Assembly: GCF_003704095.1 (NCBI RefSeq) | Contig: NW_020844837.1 | Location: 496,001-560,000 of the forward strand | Reading direction: 5' to 3' | Source of the DNA: Pocillopora damicornis | Lineage: Eukaryota | DNA: 64,000 nt | Part shown: positions 38,409 through 52,099 of the stretch, piece by piece | Layout of the letters: each line of letters begins with the position of its first letter | How positions within the stretch are numbered: position 1 is the stretch's first letter | The notes under the pieces: generated by a model | Told to the model about the DNA's origin: nothing | What the model saw: only the letters and a program-made list of their open reading frames with translations | Database searches by the model: none | Made by a program: the position numbers and the translations under genes

Positions 38409-41400
38409 TTATGTCCTCTTTGCAAGATATACAAAGTTGGAAGTTCCAGCAGCAATGATTGGATGATGGGAATGTCTCTCAAAATCTACCGTGTAAACTG
38501 CACGTGGAAGATCTACAAGCCGGCCAGTAGTCTGTGGATAAGCAAACAATAGAAAAGTCTCAGTACTTATGACTACAATTGACAATACTGGATTCACAGT
38601 ATTACAAATATTTTTTAATTGAGTGAGGTGTGACGGAAGTTCGGCAACCATGTTTAGATGCTAAAATTGTGTTGTTGTCCCATTTCCAGTGGCAATGTGC
38701 TTTCATGTTTGATGTTTGGTGATGCACAGCTTTTTTGGAATGGTTGCCCATGACAACACCTTATTTTACGACTGAAACTCTGTCACCAAACTTTTTCATG
38801 CCTCACTCATAATCGTAATATGTAGTTTCCTTGCACTATTACATAAATAGAGATTGTACATGTATACAAAGATTTATTTTTATCCACATACAAAACTCTA
38901 AATATCTAACCACAAAGCTAACTAAGATAGTCAAGGAAAGTGAGTTGATTGTTAATATCATCAAGTTACTAGGAGGCTATAAAATAACCTAAAATAACCG
39001 GTACAGTACATATCTGAAGCTGAATGTACAGTATAACAGCACATCTATGTCCTACATGATAAGTTCCTTGATCCACACATCTCATCATATTGTTATCACT
39101 CCCTCCTGCTATGATACTGTCAGGACCTTGCCACTGGACACAATAGAGCTATATAATAACCAACAACAAAAAATTATTCACCAGAGACCCCAACTGAGTC
39201 TGTGAGTTCACTTGCAGGCAAACTGTTCATAAATCTTTTTTTTAAGTAATGCTAATTCACAAATGGTTCTTAGGTGGAAAGAGGTCAAATGTTGCTCAGA
39301 AGAGTTGATGAAAGTTTGGGTTTTAACCACCTTTTACAAATATCATCAGTAGACCAAGGAATCTTGATGAATTTTGGATGGTATATGATTAAGGTTATAA
39401 CTTTTACAGCGTGCTGAAAATCTCTAGAACATACCATACTTCCATTGTAATCAGATGGTACATCTTTTATCAGTTTCCCAGAGCCATGATCCCATATTTG
39501 AAGAGTTTTGTCTTTTCTCCATGACCCAGTGAGAATTTGCCGATTGGTGCTTGACATGCTCAGTGACTGAATGTCTAGTGCATCACCACAAATATGAGGT
39601 CCAAATATTTTCCTGAATACCATGATCATATATTATTAACATTTGATAATTCATCATGATATCACAAATAGAATTAACTTAAAAACACAGGGTTGCATTT
39701 ATATTGTTATGAATTTTAAGTTATACCTCACTGAATGTTTGCTATCAACTCTTGTATCCCAAAACTAAAAACCACGAAAGCAGAGAAAAATGATAAGTAA
39801 AAAATTGATTGATATTTGAGAGTAAAATGTTTCATTAATTGGAGGGCAATTTGAACTAGTAAGTGGACATTAATTAGCAGGATTAAGTTATCACAGTCTG
39901 AAAAAAGAAGAAACAGCACAAATGCATCTAAACTGTATGATACTTTTAGGCTTGGATTTAGCCAGTTTCTAACCTACCACAGCAATAGTTTGGTTTTACA
40001 AAAATTCACTTGTGGCAGGCCTATAAATCATGTCCCACTGATATCAGAGGAACCTAAGCCAGAATAATTGAATACACAGGTTATATCAAAGTTCAATGAA
40101 CCTGGGAAAATAGTTTTCGTCATTCACAACACTCCAATCAAATGACCTTGAAAGCTTAAAAATTTAAAACTATATCTCTCTTAAGGAGGACCTGCATGAT
40201 TGTTTAATATGTTTTTGGAGAGGGATGGGGGGTGGGGTTAACTTCTGTTTATTACCTGAACTGTATCATCCCAGCCTCCTGAGAGAAATTCATGATCTTG
40301 ACCAGGTGTATACTGTACACTGAACACTCGGCTCATGTGGCCATCCATTACTAGGTGGGATGAGCTGTCAAAAAAAAAAAATCCAAGTATCTTATTATCA
40401 TGAACATAACATAGCAGCCTTAGCTAATCCTGAATTAACAACTTAGCATCTTCTTAACAATTCTTCAGAATTAGACCAGGTGAAGTAACCTTTTTGCATG
40501 GTGTGGAAATGTTGTCTCACTTGTTACATAACAATTAGTAGTAATAAAAAGTAATGATAACATTAATAACTGTCCTAAAATTAGTGATAATAATGAAAGA
40601 CAGGTAAATTGAAGAGAATATGATGTCCGCAATAATTGATATACCTTGGCTGCATGGTACAAATGATTTGTCTAGTTCTTTCATCATAAACATTTAGTTT
40701 TGTATCTGATCCGGCTGTGACAAATCTATCTCCTGAAGGACTGTAAGCACATGCTAAAATCTGCCTAGAAACTTCTGTTACTGTTGCCATACAGGTGCTT
40801 GTTGATGTATGCCAGATTTTGACTTTACCATCTGCATCTGCAGTTATAACAGCAAAAAAAAATGAATAAAAAAATACTTACAATAGAGAGGAACTATTTA
40901 CTATCAGAAAATCATTATTATTAGTAAAATACTGCATTTATTATGTATTCCTCTGAAGTCTAATCTCAGTCTGATCAAAAGATGGGAAAGTTCCAAGGAT
41001 GCATTACAAAGCCTTTGTTGGAGGTTTTTCCATGTCAAATTGTAACTAATTACTCTGTGGGTTTTTTCTATTCATCATGAGATGACCAGCATTGCAGTAT
41101 TGTAAGAACCAAGCCAACTTATTTGAGGTTGTTCACCAAGGTCTTGCCAAGAGTTAAAAGTGAAAAGAAAGAAAAATAACCTTGTGACCGGTGTGAATGA
41201 ATCGGGAAAATTGCCACACAAATAATGAACCTGGAATTGCAAAGCTACAAACATTAACTTGGGCAAATGGGCGGAAGGCTTAAACATGTAATCACTTTCA
41301 CTCAGCCAGATTGTTCCCCATAATCTACCCTAAATCTGTGGGTACTTTTCATCTAATAGCCTTCATAACACAGTCTACTAGAATGTAAGTGAGGTGAGGT

Positions 41401-42632
41401 GCCACCTTTGACACTGTTTATACAATTCTGCAAAAATCAACATCTGCCCCAGGTATGTCCACAATTCACAACTAGAGGGTGTTTATATATTTACCTTAGA
41501 CATGTAGAAAGCCTTTGTGTTATGGCCGTCTTTTTTTATTTTAACAATTACTGTAATTGCCCTAATTTTTACAGCAGGAGGTAAATGAGGCTTTTTCTCT
41601 CAAAGTGCCCCCCTTTTGGGAACTTTCAAGATCTTACAATCTTGTAATCAGAGCCTTAGAGGTGTCAAAGTACAACATATCTTCATTTAAGATAATACTT
41701 TTAAATAATACATAAATCTGCATAAGAATACGGGTAAAATTTAGTATTAAAGATCGACAGACTAAACAAATACGGTGTAATTATCACTCTGGTTATCAAT
41801 AAATATGGTAGCACCATATTACTTGTAGGATTAACACAAGCTTAAAACCCTGATTGTTTTAACTTTCGCTAATTTTCTAAGACGTCAACTTAAACATATG
41901 AATATCGTATAATTAAAACTACAACAGCTGTTAAATGCGGCAGAAGTTCCCTCTTTCTTAAAACATAAAGTTTGCACCTAACCAACTTACAAGTTGCGAG
42001 TAACATATTTCCATAAGTATCACCCTCCAGTGTTGGTCTCCAACGAAGACAGGTCACTGGTAAATGATTATTTAAAGTGTCTTGGTCCGAGAGACTATAG
42101 ACGCAATGTCCTGTGTCAGGAGCATACACCTAGGACGTGGAAAAATGTACGAAAAATAAAACACTGAACATTTTCGTTACGTACCTTTCGCAAAGGTGGA
42201 AGTTTTAACAATTTAACCTACATATGAGCAGATATTAGTTTCGGGAAAAGTAAAAATTGGTGACAAATTCGAAAATTAAAAAAGAGTAAATACTAGTCTT
42301 ACCTTGGTTACTCCATTAGCTAAACCAACCGCCAGTAAACCGCCTTCGAGATTGAATCGACAACACATCACCTCAGAATTTGCCTCCCTGTTTCAAATAA
42401 AAGCAAATTATAATATTTTCAGAATACGAGACAATGCGGCAATAAAAATAGAAGTGCTTCGATCATTATCAAAAGTTTAACAAATATGAGTATTAAGCAA
42501 CAAGAATTTTTCTCACAGAATGTTCATAATTTTGAGATTTCCCTCAGCAGTTGGAGCCATAACAGGAACGGATTCAATGACCGTATCTCGAGGCGTTGAA
42601 AGGGTAGACGGAGGCGCTTGGACCAAATGCAT
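38409..42632 (-). CDS. WD40-repeat beta-propeller protein, probably cilium-associated
   Basis: Approximate exons 42632-42517, 42387-42303, 42129-41990, 40836-40644, 40363-40256, 39764-39727, 39611-39435, 39149-39057, 38531-38409. WD motifs TAGSDTKLNVYD, GHMSRVFSV...SGGWDDTVQFWD, TGSWRKDKTLQIWD. Confidence 0.9.
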
Positions 42633-42799
42633 GTCGTTGAAAATGATCTATTAAGTGATTTGTTAGTCCAGGTGTCTTAGTTGTCTAAAATCCCATTGGA
42701 ACAGGAAAAGAAATAATTTGAACAAACGCTGTCGCGGGACGCAATTCAAAAGTAAATAGAAATTACTTACTGCCTCTGCGCAAGCGTCTCAGCGTCGGT

Positions 42800-42813
42800 G
42801 TTGCTGTGGTAAC
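42800..42813. promoter_or_regulatory. X-box (RFX binding site) upstream of the WD40 gene
   Basis: GTTGCTGTGGTAAC fits GTTRYY-NN-RGYAAC and lies ~170 bp upstream of the ATG. Confidence 0.65.
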
Positions 42814-43559
42814 AAAGAATCTATTAAGCTTTCAATATCTGCCCCCTTCCTCTCAGTTTAACTTTACGAATTTTGAAGGAGTTCCGATTAGCATGCACAA
42901 ATAAATCAATGGTTTTGTTGAAAAAAAAAAAGTTTAAAAAGGTTAGCGCAATTTACGATCACGTGCCGTTGATTCTGTAATCCACCATTCACGGAGGATT
43001 TTGATTGTGTCCTGTTAAAGTTTACCTAATCCCCTATAAGGCTCTGCAATATTTTTATGACCCCCTCATTGGCAGTTCATTGCCTGTCAGTTTTCTATAG
43101 TTTCCCCCCTAGACTCCGTTGGCGACGACTGATTCCCCTCCGTTCCTCCCTGAAAACCATGTTACTCCCAAAACTCCCCCGCCCCACCCCCCTTCCCGAG
43201 CGATGGATAATGAGTGATCCCTAAGTCACTCACAGGAGAGATCAAAAGAGAATTTCCCTTACAATAACAATACATTTTCGAGCGGGAAGGTTAGGAGAAG
43301 TAAGGAAAATATCAACAAGGAAATAATCTTTAATTGAACAGCAATTTCTCAGATCTAAACTTTTAAGAAATAGGTGACAGACAGTGAGGAGAATTGATTA
43401 GTAGATCTTGAGAGAGCGTCAGGAGTACACCCGTGCACGATGGTTCTTGCAAGGAAAATTTTTGTATGTACTATCATAGTGCAGACGGAAGTTTTATGAA
43501 GTCAAATAATTAACTTTAATGTTCTGTTAAATATTTCAGTCTTTCAACACGTTAGATCA

Positions 43560-44588
43560 TTATTTAGCTAAAGCTAAATTGACTGTATTGGTTTGCTCAA
43601 AGATAGAAGTTTCGTTTACTCTTGATAAAGTTTTGAAACAGAAAATCTTCTTGTATTCTCGCCGAAATGTTCGATTTAAAGCACCATATATAATAGGATT
43701 CAGGGAAGAACTTATTAGTCCGATATCGGTATACATGACGTAGACATTACGAGGAAGGGACCAGCCATCAGAAGCCATGTCCACAAAATCGATGATAAGT
43801 ACAGGTGTCCAACAAATTAAATATCCAAGAACAGTCACGAATAAAGTTTGGGTCATTTTGACGTCTTCTGCGGAGACTCTTCGTTCTTTTTCGTGCCTGC
43901 TGGAAAATTCCTTTCGCAAATTTCTAACGCGGTTTCTATTCAAACGAAGATGTTTGAAGACGTTATAATAACAAAAAGAGAGAGTAGCTAGGGAGATGCA
44001 TACACAAATGTAAATAACACATGATTCAAAAGACATTTTTACTTCGTGGAAGCAGAAAAACTTTCCCGGATGAAAAATGTATTTCCTTCCAGAAGCAAGG
44101 TAAGGGACAGGGTACATTATAGCTAGGATCCAGACTGACGCGGACATGAGCCGTGCGCGAGACATGGTGAAGAATATCCGGTGATTAATTGGATGAACGA
44201 CGCGGAAGTATCGATCGACAGACATAAGAGCCATGGTCTGCAGAGAGGCAGCTACCGTTGTTATGACAACGAATCCTTGAAATTGACATACTGCGAAAGT
44301 CGAAACCCAACGCCCTCTAATAAGTGATGCTAAAGACGGCGGAGCCCCAAAAGTTGCCATAGCAATGTCTGAAATGGCCAGGGATGCCACGAGCAGCCCT
44401 GGGACGTTTCTTAGTCTTGGTATTTTGTACACAATGTAGAGAACAACTAGGTTTCCAATGAATGCCACCGCAGCAATGGAGGCATAGATCAAAGATTCTA
44501 GAATAACCTGAAATGAACTCCGGTGACGAAACGAATCTGCCAGATGAAGGGCTTGTCTTTCTATGGAGGGTTTCTCAGAGGCATTCAT
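43560..44588 (-). CDS. Class A GPCR, melatonin-receptor-like (cnidarian expansion type), single coding exon
   Basis: 342 aa, 7TM: GN (TM1), LAISD (TM2), CQFQG, DRY, W (TM4), CWTP, NPIIY. Confidence 0.93.
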   Translation of the reverse strand: MNASEKPSIERQALHLADSFRHRSSFQVILESLIYASIAAVAFIGNLVVLYIVYKIPRLRNVPGLLVASLAISDIAMATFGAPPSLASLIRGRWVSTFAVCQFQGFVVITTVAASLQTMALMSVDRYFRVVHPINHRIFFTMSRARLMSASVWILAIMYPVPYLASGRKYIFHPGKFFCFHEVKMSFESCVIYICVCISLATLSFCYYNVFKHLRLNRNRVRNLRKEFSSRHEKERRVSAEDVKMTQTLFVTVLGYLICWTPVLIIDFVDMASDGWSLPRNVYVMYTDIGLISSSLNPIIYGALNRTFRREYKKIFCFKTLSRVNETSIFEQTNTVNLALAK

Positions 44589-46866
44589 TCCTTTTTTTTT
44601 CTTTTTTGCTGCAGTAACAAAGATAAATAATGTTTAGCATACTTTTGACCGATAGATGAAGGTGACTTTCAAGTTCATTTTCTTTTTCAGGTCTCGGAAT
44701 CTTCTGCGAAACAGGGCTTTGCTTCGCGGGAATATTATAATTATGTCAGTCTGCACTTTATTTGCATTTGCTCAGCCATTATATCACCGCTTGAATCGAG
44801 ACAACAAAAATAAAAGCAACAATGGGGCTTAGTTAAACGCAACGAAAGTTTCATGGCAGAACTTGCAAAATTAAAGCCATTTTGCAGCTAAATGTCTGTT
44901 ATGTGTAATAAGAAGACTGGTAGAAATTAATAGCTTACTGATGATGCGGCGGATGCCAAGTTTCTGTGGTTTCAGTTTGTCATCTCGCTTATTATATCTA
45001 AGCCTGTTCAAACAATAAATTAACAATAAACCAATAGGATTTCCGCGGGACTGAAATTTAATTACCTGACTGAGCTTTCTTATCTTATTCTTATCAGTTT
45101 ACCCGAAAAAAAAAAAAATTACTACAATTAAGATCACCACCTGCGTAAACTAAAATGAGTAGTCTAACAAAGCTTGGACTAATTCCCTGTGGATCAGCTT
45201 CGTTCTTGATTCTCCTTTGAAATAAAATGCTCGGAAACTGTCTCTATCGTTTAATTTATTTCAAGAAATGTTCGATTTTAAATTGCAATGCCGTGTAAAT
45301 AATACCATGAAATTGTCAAACCTTTTTATCCTTTCACAATAGCTTTCAGAATAGTATTAGGGAAAGAATATGTAGCGAATATCTTTCAACTATTCTTGGG
45401 AAAAGCTCACTTATCTTATTTCAAAAAGTTTATCTCATTGTATAACCTTGCGTTATATCTGGACATTGTTTTTTCAATTTTTTTAGGCTTTCAAGTTTTG
45501 AATAATCCCTAACATAAAAGCACTTGAATTTAATGTTCAAAACAAAAATAAAGTGCATATAATGTCTTTTTCAACCCAGCATTGCTGGAAAATAATTTTC
45601 CCTTTCAATGCTACGCCAGTATCTTGAAATCTTTCGCAATTGAGAACAATGAACGAGTGAGATTCTTTTTGTCATTACTGTTTCCATACTCTCACTACAG
45701 TCCGTTTGCCCACAACTTATGTATTTTTAAATAGCTTCCTTAAGTAATTTCGATGAAGTTTGCGCAACACAAAACCCAAACCTAGTATGAAGATGAGAAC
45801 CTTGTAAATTAAACAACCTACGAGCTCTTTTTGCCGCTATTGCTTCTGCGGTTGTGGTAGAAATTCATTGAAAGAAATTTAAACAATTACTGAACAATTC
45901 TTAATCTTAGTAGAATACTAATCTACTTCACAGGAAAATATCGTCTTAAGTTTATTTTCTTGTCTTATTTTCTTCTATGGTTAGACGATTTAGGAGAATC
46001 CATTACGAACCCTTATTTCACTTACCTGTTGAAGATCTGGCCTTTATAAAATCCTTCTTTTGCAAAGAAGTGGTTTTTAGTGAAGCTTATACAAACGGCA
46101 TTGATTTGCCACAGAGAGTAAATCTGAGAGAATATGTGTTGAACTCAATCTTTAGCGCTTGTAAGTAATTTGGTTTTATGGTGAGTTGCCTTGAAAATTG
46201 CTGCTTGAAAAAATAACAATTGACACGTGAGGATGTAACTTGTGACGTAAATCATAAGAATTGGTTATTAACTTCACTGGTCACGTGACCAATGGATGAT
46301 CCGAGGGTACGGCTGCCTTGTAGCTTGACTGTTCTTTATGGTATTGCAGAATATTCCAAAGATTTTTCAGGAAAAAAAGTACCATTATCAGGCTCTCTCA
46401 CATATATCAGGTAGAGAAATTTTATCATCCGGGTTGGTTGTGCTCGATAATTTTGTCAACAGGGAGTGGTAGAGACTTATGTTAGTTATACAATTTTTTT
46501 TGTTAGGATCAATTTAATTGAAATTTTCTAAGATTAAAGTTTCTTTCTTAAATTTTCCTCGCCGTCAACCCGCATAGATAAGTTGGTAAAATTTGGAGCC
46601 TTTGTGGGTTTAAAACTTTTTCAAAATCGTAAAAGTGTCTATCAATTCTGAAAAAAGTTTTGTATGCAGATTTACTTTTATTACTTCTTTATCATTATCA
46701 ATAAAACAGTGATGTTTGTGACTAAACTTAAAGTAATCTGATACACTCATTTTAAGACATTTCTTTGCCACACACGTTTACACCTTAGGTGGAAGAAACT
46801 TGTTTACAGCAACTTTTTTCTGTCATTTTCCTTTAAGCCTTTTGAATTTCGGTCGAAATTTTCTTT

Positions 46867-47964
46867 TTACATTTGAGTTGAATTTATGGTTATTTCTGTT
46901 GTAAGAACTTTTTTTCTTTCCATCGGTGTTTGTTCAGTGTTGCTTTGATCTTGATTAAGCGAGGACTTCCTGAAGCAGAGAATCTTTTTGTATTCTCGTC
47001 GAAATGTTCGGTTTAGGGCCCCATATATAATGGGGTTTAGAGAAGAACTTGAAAGTCCAAAATCATTGTACATGACGTAGACCCAACGTGGAAGGAACCA
47101 TTCCCCAACACCCTTTTCCACAAAATCGATTATGAGAACAGGAGTCCAGCAAATCAGATATCCAAGGACGGTGGCAAATAACGTTCGTGTCAATTTTACA
47201 TCTTCGGTTGAGGTCTTGATTTCTTGCGTGAACCGTCCTTGGACGCGTTTTTCGTTCAAGGTTGAGGGCTTCACTTCATTCGTGCGCCAACCTTGAACAC
47301 GCTTTGCGTTCAGTCTCAGATGTCTGTAAACGTTAATGTAGCAATAAGTGAGAACGGCAATGGAGTAAAAAATGCAGACGTAAATAGTGTCAGCTGCTAA
47401 AGACTCCTCTTCTACGAAAAAACAGAAAAATTTTCCAGGATGAAAAACAAACATTTTGTCAGTGACAAGATAAGGGACTGGGTACGCCAATGCCAAGATC
47501 CAGACTGACGCGGCCATGAGCCGTGCGCGTGGCATGGTAAAGAAAAGTCGATGTTTTGTCGGATGAACGACGCGGAAGTATCGATCGACGGACATAAGAG
47601 CCATGGTCTGCAAAGAGGCAGCTACTGTTACTATGACAATAAAACCTTGAAATTGACAGGCTGCAAAGGTGGAGACCCAGTTCCCTTTGATAAGTGATAA
47701 CAAAGATGGTGGAGTCGCAAGGGCAATGATGGCGATATCTGAAAGGGCAAGTGAAGCAATAAACAGTCCTGGTACATTTCGGAGCCTTGCCGATTTGTAG
47801 ACAATGTAAAGGACTAGAAGATTTCCAACAAAGCCAGATACAATTACAGAACCGTAGATTAAAGATTCCAGAACAACTTGCAATGAACTTCGAGATCGTA
47901 ATGATTCCGCCAGGCGAAGGATGTTACTGTTGCTGTCTGTATTGGTTGCTCCCGAGACATTCAT
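46867..47964 (-). CDS. Class A GPCR, melatonin-receptor-like; tandem paralogue of 43560-44588
   Basis: 365 aa with the same motifs. Shares long identical peptides (VAASLQTMALMSVDRYFRVVHP, LGYLICWTPVLIIDFV, LNPIIYGALNRTFRREYKKI). Confidence 0.93.
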   Translation of the reverse strand: MNVSGATNTDSNSNILRLAESLRSRSSLQVVLESLIYGSVIVSGFVGNLLVLYIVYKSARLRNVPGLFIASLALSDIAIIALATPPSLLSLIKGNWVSTFAACQFQGFIVIVTVAASLQTMALMSVDRYFRVVHPTKHRLFFTMPRARLMAASVWILALAYPVPYLVTDKMFVFHPGKFFCFFVEEESLAADTIYVCIFYSIAVLTYCYINVYRHLRLNAKRVQGWRTNEVKPSTLNEKRVQGRFTQEIKTSTEDVKLTRTLFATVLGYLICWTPVLIIDFVEKGVGEWFLPRWVYVMYNDFGLSSSSLNPIIYGALNRTFRREYKKILCFRKSSLNQDQSNTEQTPMERKKVLTTEITINSTQM

Positions 47965-50900
47965 AACGGGTTTCTTAAAAAGAAAACAAAGAGTGTTGAT
48001 GTTAAGATTTTTTTTATCAATTTTAAAGTATTTACTATGATATTACCTCGGTGGTCAGAGGACCTTTCTGTGGACAGCTTTTTTTCGTGCTTTTGTTTTA
48101 GTGCTCAAAAATGATTATATTTTTACTTCTTTGTAAGTGTTTAAAAATAACAGGAAAGCCTATTTTAGGTAAAAAGTTACAGATCGAAGTCAGTATCTGA
48201 GCACCTGCGTACCAACCCCTCCCCTAACCCAACATTAACCCTAACTTGTTATCAGTTGACTGTTGCCTGGCTAGGGGAGGGGTAAGTGCGCAATTGCTCA
48301 GATACTGACATGGATCCAAACTTACAACTATCCATGACATAGTCTTCAGCGAACCTTTTCATGTAGCATAATATACTACCTGATACGTGTAAGCTAATTG
48401 ATGAGAATGATAAAGAAAACAAAATAACAAATATTTTTAAATATCATATTTGAATAATCAATTTATTGAATTCTTCCAGTTTTATTGAAAAGTTACGGAG
48501 AATTGCGAAATAAACTTGACCGCAAACTGGACAAGTGCCAACTAAATAATTTCTTGAAAATAATGAGACCGAGTAGTTTGTTTTAGGTAGTCCAATCATA
48601 TCATCACCTGCCGTGACATACTGATGACAGTAACGACTGTTTGAACAGTAAAACGTCCGTGAGCCAATAGGATTCACGCTCCAATTGGATCTAAGAATGT
48701 TATTTAGTTTTGTCAATTTGCTTGACAAAAACAAAAGGTAACATAAGCTGCTACCTACTTAAATTAGAATAACAAACTTTACAAAATGCGTAGACCTCTT
48801 CCTTTTGAGGAAAATTTAAGATGATTGCTAACCTTAGAAAATGTAATGTTCAGAAATTGTTTCTCTTATAATATGATTTATTTTCAAAGTGTTTCTTTGT
48901 TTGCAATTGCAGTTTTTTTCGATCGATTAGCCATGACTACTCTTATAATGTATTTACTCTGGTGCAAAAAAATAACATATTGTTCTGGGCCATTAACTAT
49001 GGAAAAAAAATTTTGAAAAATCATTTTTAAGACCATTTTTTCGTATGAATGTTTACAGCTCATCATAACAAGAAGTGTCTCATTTTGAATTTTTCCTTAA
49101 TAAATGAATTACAAATTCTAGATTTCCTTGGAATTGATTTCTTATGAACCATACCTACAATATTTTGCTTTGAACGGTAAAAAAAAAGCACTAAAATCCG
49201 AGGTAAAAAAAGACCTTCTAGCGAAAAAATTATGACAATTGAAAAAAAATGACATACCTTCTCGTACCAATGGTAGTAGATAACCAGCGAAAAGATACAA
49301 CAAAAATTAAAATTCTGATCAGTAAACTCCCTTTTTTTTTTTAAAGTGCTTTAGTTTACGTATCGAAGACTATTCGATGAACACACTCAATTTAAATGGC
49401 TCGAAAGAAGGGACGGTCCGTTTTGTAAATGTATATGATCAAAAGTCGTCACCAGGGTCTCGCTTTTTACCACCGAAATGAGTTTGGTGATTGGTCTTTG
49501 CATGTCCATGTGTAGAGAACTGGAATTTGCTACCTTTGCGAGGCAAATTTGCATGGCACCGTTCGCAGGGTATTCTGGCTGCGCATCGGATTGCGCACAT
49601 TCTGCTACCTAACCATCAAGCACCGCGTTCCATGACTTGCCCTCTTGGGAAGAAGCAGAAATACAGGTGACAATTCCAAGCCAAAAACTATTTCTTTATG
49701 TAAACAAGATGACGTGAATGACAAATTCTCGATATTTCGTTCTTTACGTAGATTGGAAAAAAACAAAGCCATCGGAAACTCAAGGGCTGACAAGAGATTA
49801 AACTTACAGCGTACCTTGAACAAACTCGAATATACATGAAAGTTACTATAATAAGAGATGGTAAAAGGAGAGAAACATATGGATTATCAACTGGTCTGGC
49901 ATTTCTATTTGTTAAGACATATTGAACTACGAAAGAAAGTCCACTTTGAGTTAAATTTCAGCTTTTAATTGGATTAACGTCATACGTTGACAATTTCGAA
50001 CGACTTTGCAAAGCCAGCGGACGTATCTTTTGCAATTACATTTAGGTAGCCAATCAGATTTTAGGAAACTCGAGGACCCTCTGCCTTGCAAACAATTTGT
50101 TGTTTGTTCAACCATTTGCTGCGTTAACCTTAAGCAATTACTATCGCTGGCGGAAACTTCAGTAAGTAAACTGAATCTATCACAAGAAGATAACTGAAAA
50201 ATTCATTTTTGGAAGACAAGAGACAGCACTTTGAAAATCCATTTCTAATGTGATTCGTGAAGGTGAGGTGTTATATCTAGGTGATTTACGGATCTTAAAA
50301 AAGAGCTTAGCATGTTTTCAAGTTCGCGCTAGGCTAATCAACAGCGGTGCCATATATAGCCGTGCGAAGACTTTGAATTTCTGGTGGGTCTATGAATTAT
50401 ATGTATATGTGCGTTCCTTTGTGGCTATGGCAGCGAAAAGAATTTCAAAAATAATTTTGATTCACACGTACATGACCGCAGTTCCTTTGTATTGATTTTT
50501 CCTTGGTCCTATGTGCTGCATTTGCATTTCGCCATATCGTTGTCAACCAATTTCAATCAAGAATCTTATCGATTTTCAATGAATTTGCGTCTATTTATGA
50601 AAAACACCATCCAACGGTTCTACGAAACAATTTACCAGGACCCTTTTCATTATATTTTTTTTTAGGAAACCGAGAACTTCTATTTTTCTCAGTGTATTTG
50701 TTGTAGTGCGGGTCACACCTTGTCTTCTGTGTAAATACAAATCTTACATCGCTTTTTCTAGTCTGTCTCTCAATTCCAAAACATTTACCGAGTGGCTCAG
50801 TGTTACTGTTAATGACACTGTACGATGCTTAGTCAATCCAGGCTCAGTGTACTAGCTCGGAATGGTACAGTTCTTCATTAAAAGTTGGTTTACCTATTTA

Positions 50901-51564
50901 CGTGGTGAGAGCGAGTGCCGAATAGCACCTTCTTCACGTCCAATAATCTTCTACAACGTAGTTTGAGTGAGCGCCCCTTAAAATCTTGCGCCGAGTAATC
51001 CCAGCCGACACCTGCAAAATACTAAGTTAATGAACTACATTTTTTCCCCATGTTCACCTAAGTTTGTTTTCAATTTGAGTATTTTACCCGATGACTACGC
51101 ACGTTTAGTATTTGAGGAGAGAGATGGACAGAGATAGAGATTAATTTGGATTGTATTTTGTTTTGGGCTTTATCCATAATTCTGTTCTTTTTAAGTGTTT
51201 GGTGCCTTTTCGAAAGGAAGTACAAAGTTGAACGCTGTTGTTTTTGCTTTCGACCTGAAACTAAGGTGCTAACGATATATGATGCAAATACTTGCTTAAT
51301 TTAAGACGCACGCTTGTGAACATTTACTTTTCTTTCCTGAAATACATGTTTTTTAATGTTCTGTCGTTTTTTCTCACTAAATATTCATTTTCAAGCATTT
51401 AAATAATAATCACTATGGTATTAACAGCTTATGAGGGCTAAAATTACTCTAACATGTCTAAAAACACGCTCTTTAACATTCTCCAACAATAGATTCCAAC
51501 AAACGAGACAAACAGAAGTATTGATGCGGACAGGACAATCGAAGTGGTCGCTAATAATATGTTA

Positions 51565-52099
51565 CCGTAGTTATTCGGTTATAGGGCGCACCGTTTTTTT
51601 CAAGAAATTCCTAATTTCTACTAAAAATTACCGCCAAAGTTTGGGTGCGTCTTATAGGCGAATATTTTCCCGAAACAATTTTTTTTTATCACAGTTACTG
51701 GAACGATTTCAAGCAAATAAAAGGACACAGTGTTGGTCATTGACTTTTATAAATATGGTGGTTCTGAAAAGACGAGCGAAGTCAAATTTGCATAGATATA
51801 ATACGTGCTCGAGAGCACGTGCTCAGTAATTTTTTTGTTTGTGCGCGTGGTCGCGTGTGCGACAATTCTGCTTTTGTTAATTAACGGTAAACTAAAATCA
51901 ATACGCGACTTTTTCGCTTTTTTGTAAGTTTATGAAAGAATTTACAATAAACTTGACCGATCTTTACTCCCCAAACAACGGTGCGCCTTATAACCAAGTA
52001 TTTTAGCGATATCTTCAGTTTGAAAACATGCAATAATGAAGTTGCCGAATTGGGGGTGCGTCCTATAGCCGAGTGCGCCTTATAACCGAATAACTACGG
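51565..52099. mobile_element. Non-autonomous Tc1/mariner-pogo-type DNA transposon (535 bp) with TA target-site duplication
   Basis: TA|CCGTAGTTATTCGGTTATAGGGCGCAC ... GTGCGCCTTATAACCGAATAACTACGG|TA (27-bp TIR, 1 mismatch). Subterminal ggtgcg(t/c)cttata repeats are present; no transposase ORF. Confidence 0.9.

Noticed and set aside
51431-51829. 132-aa ORF as a transposase
   Set aside because: It crosses the MITE boundary and has no DDE or HTH features; a chance ORF.
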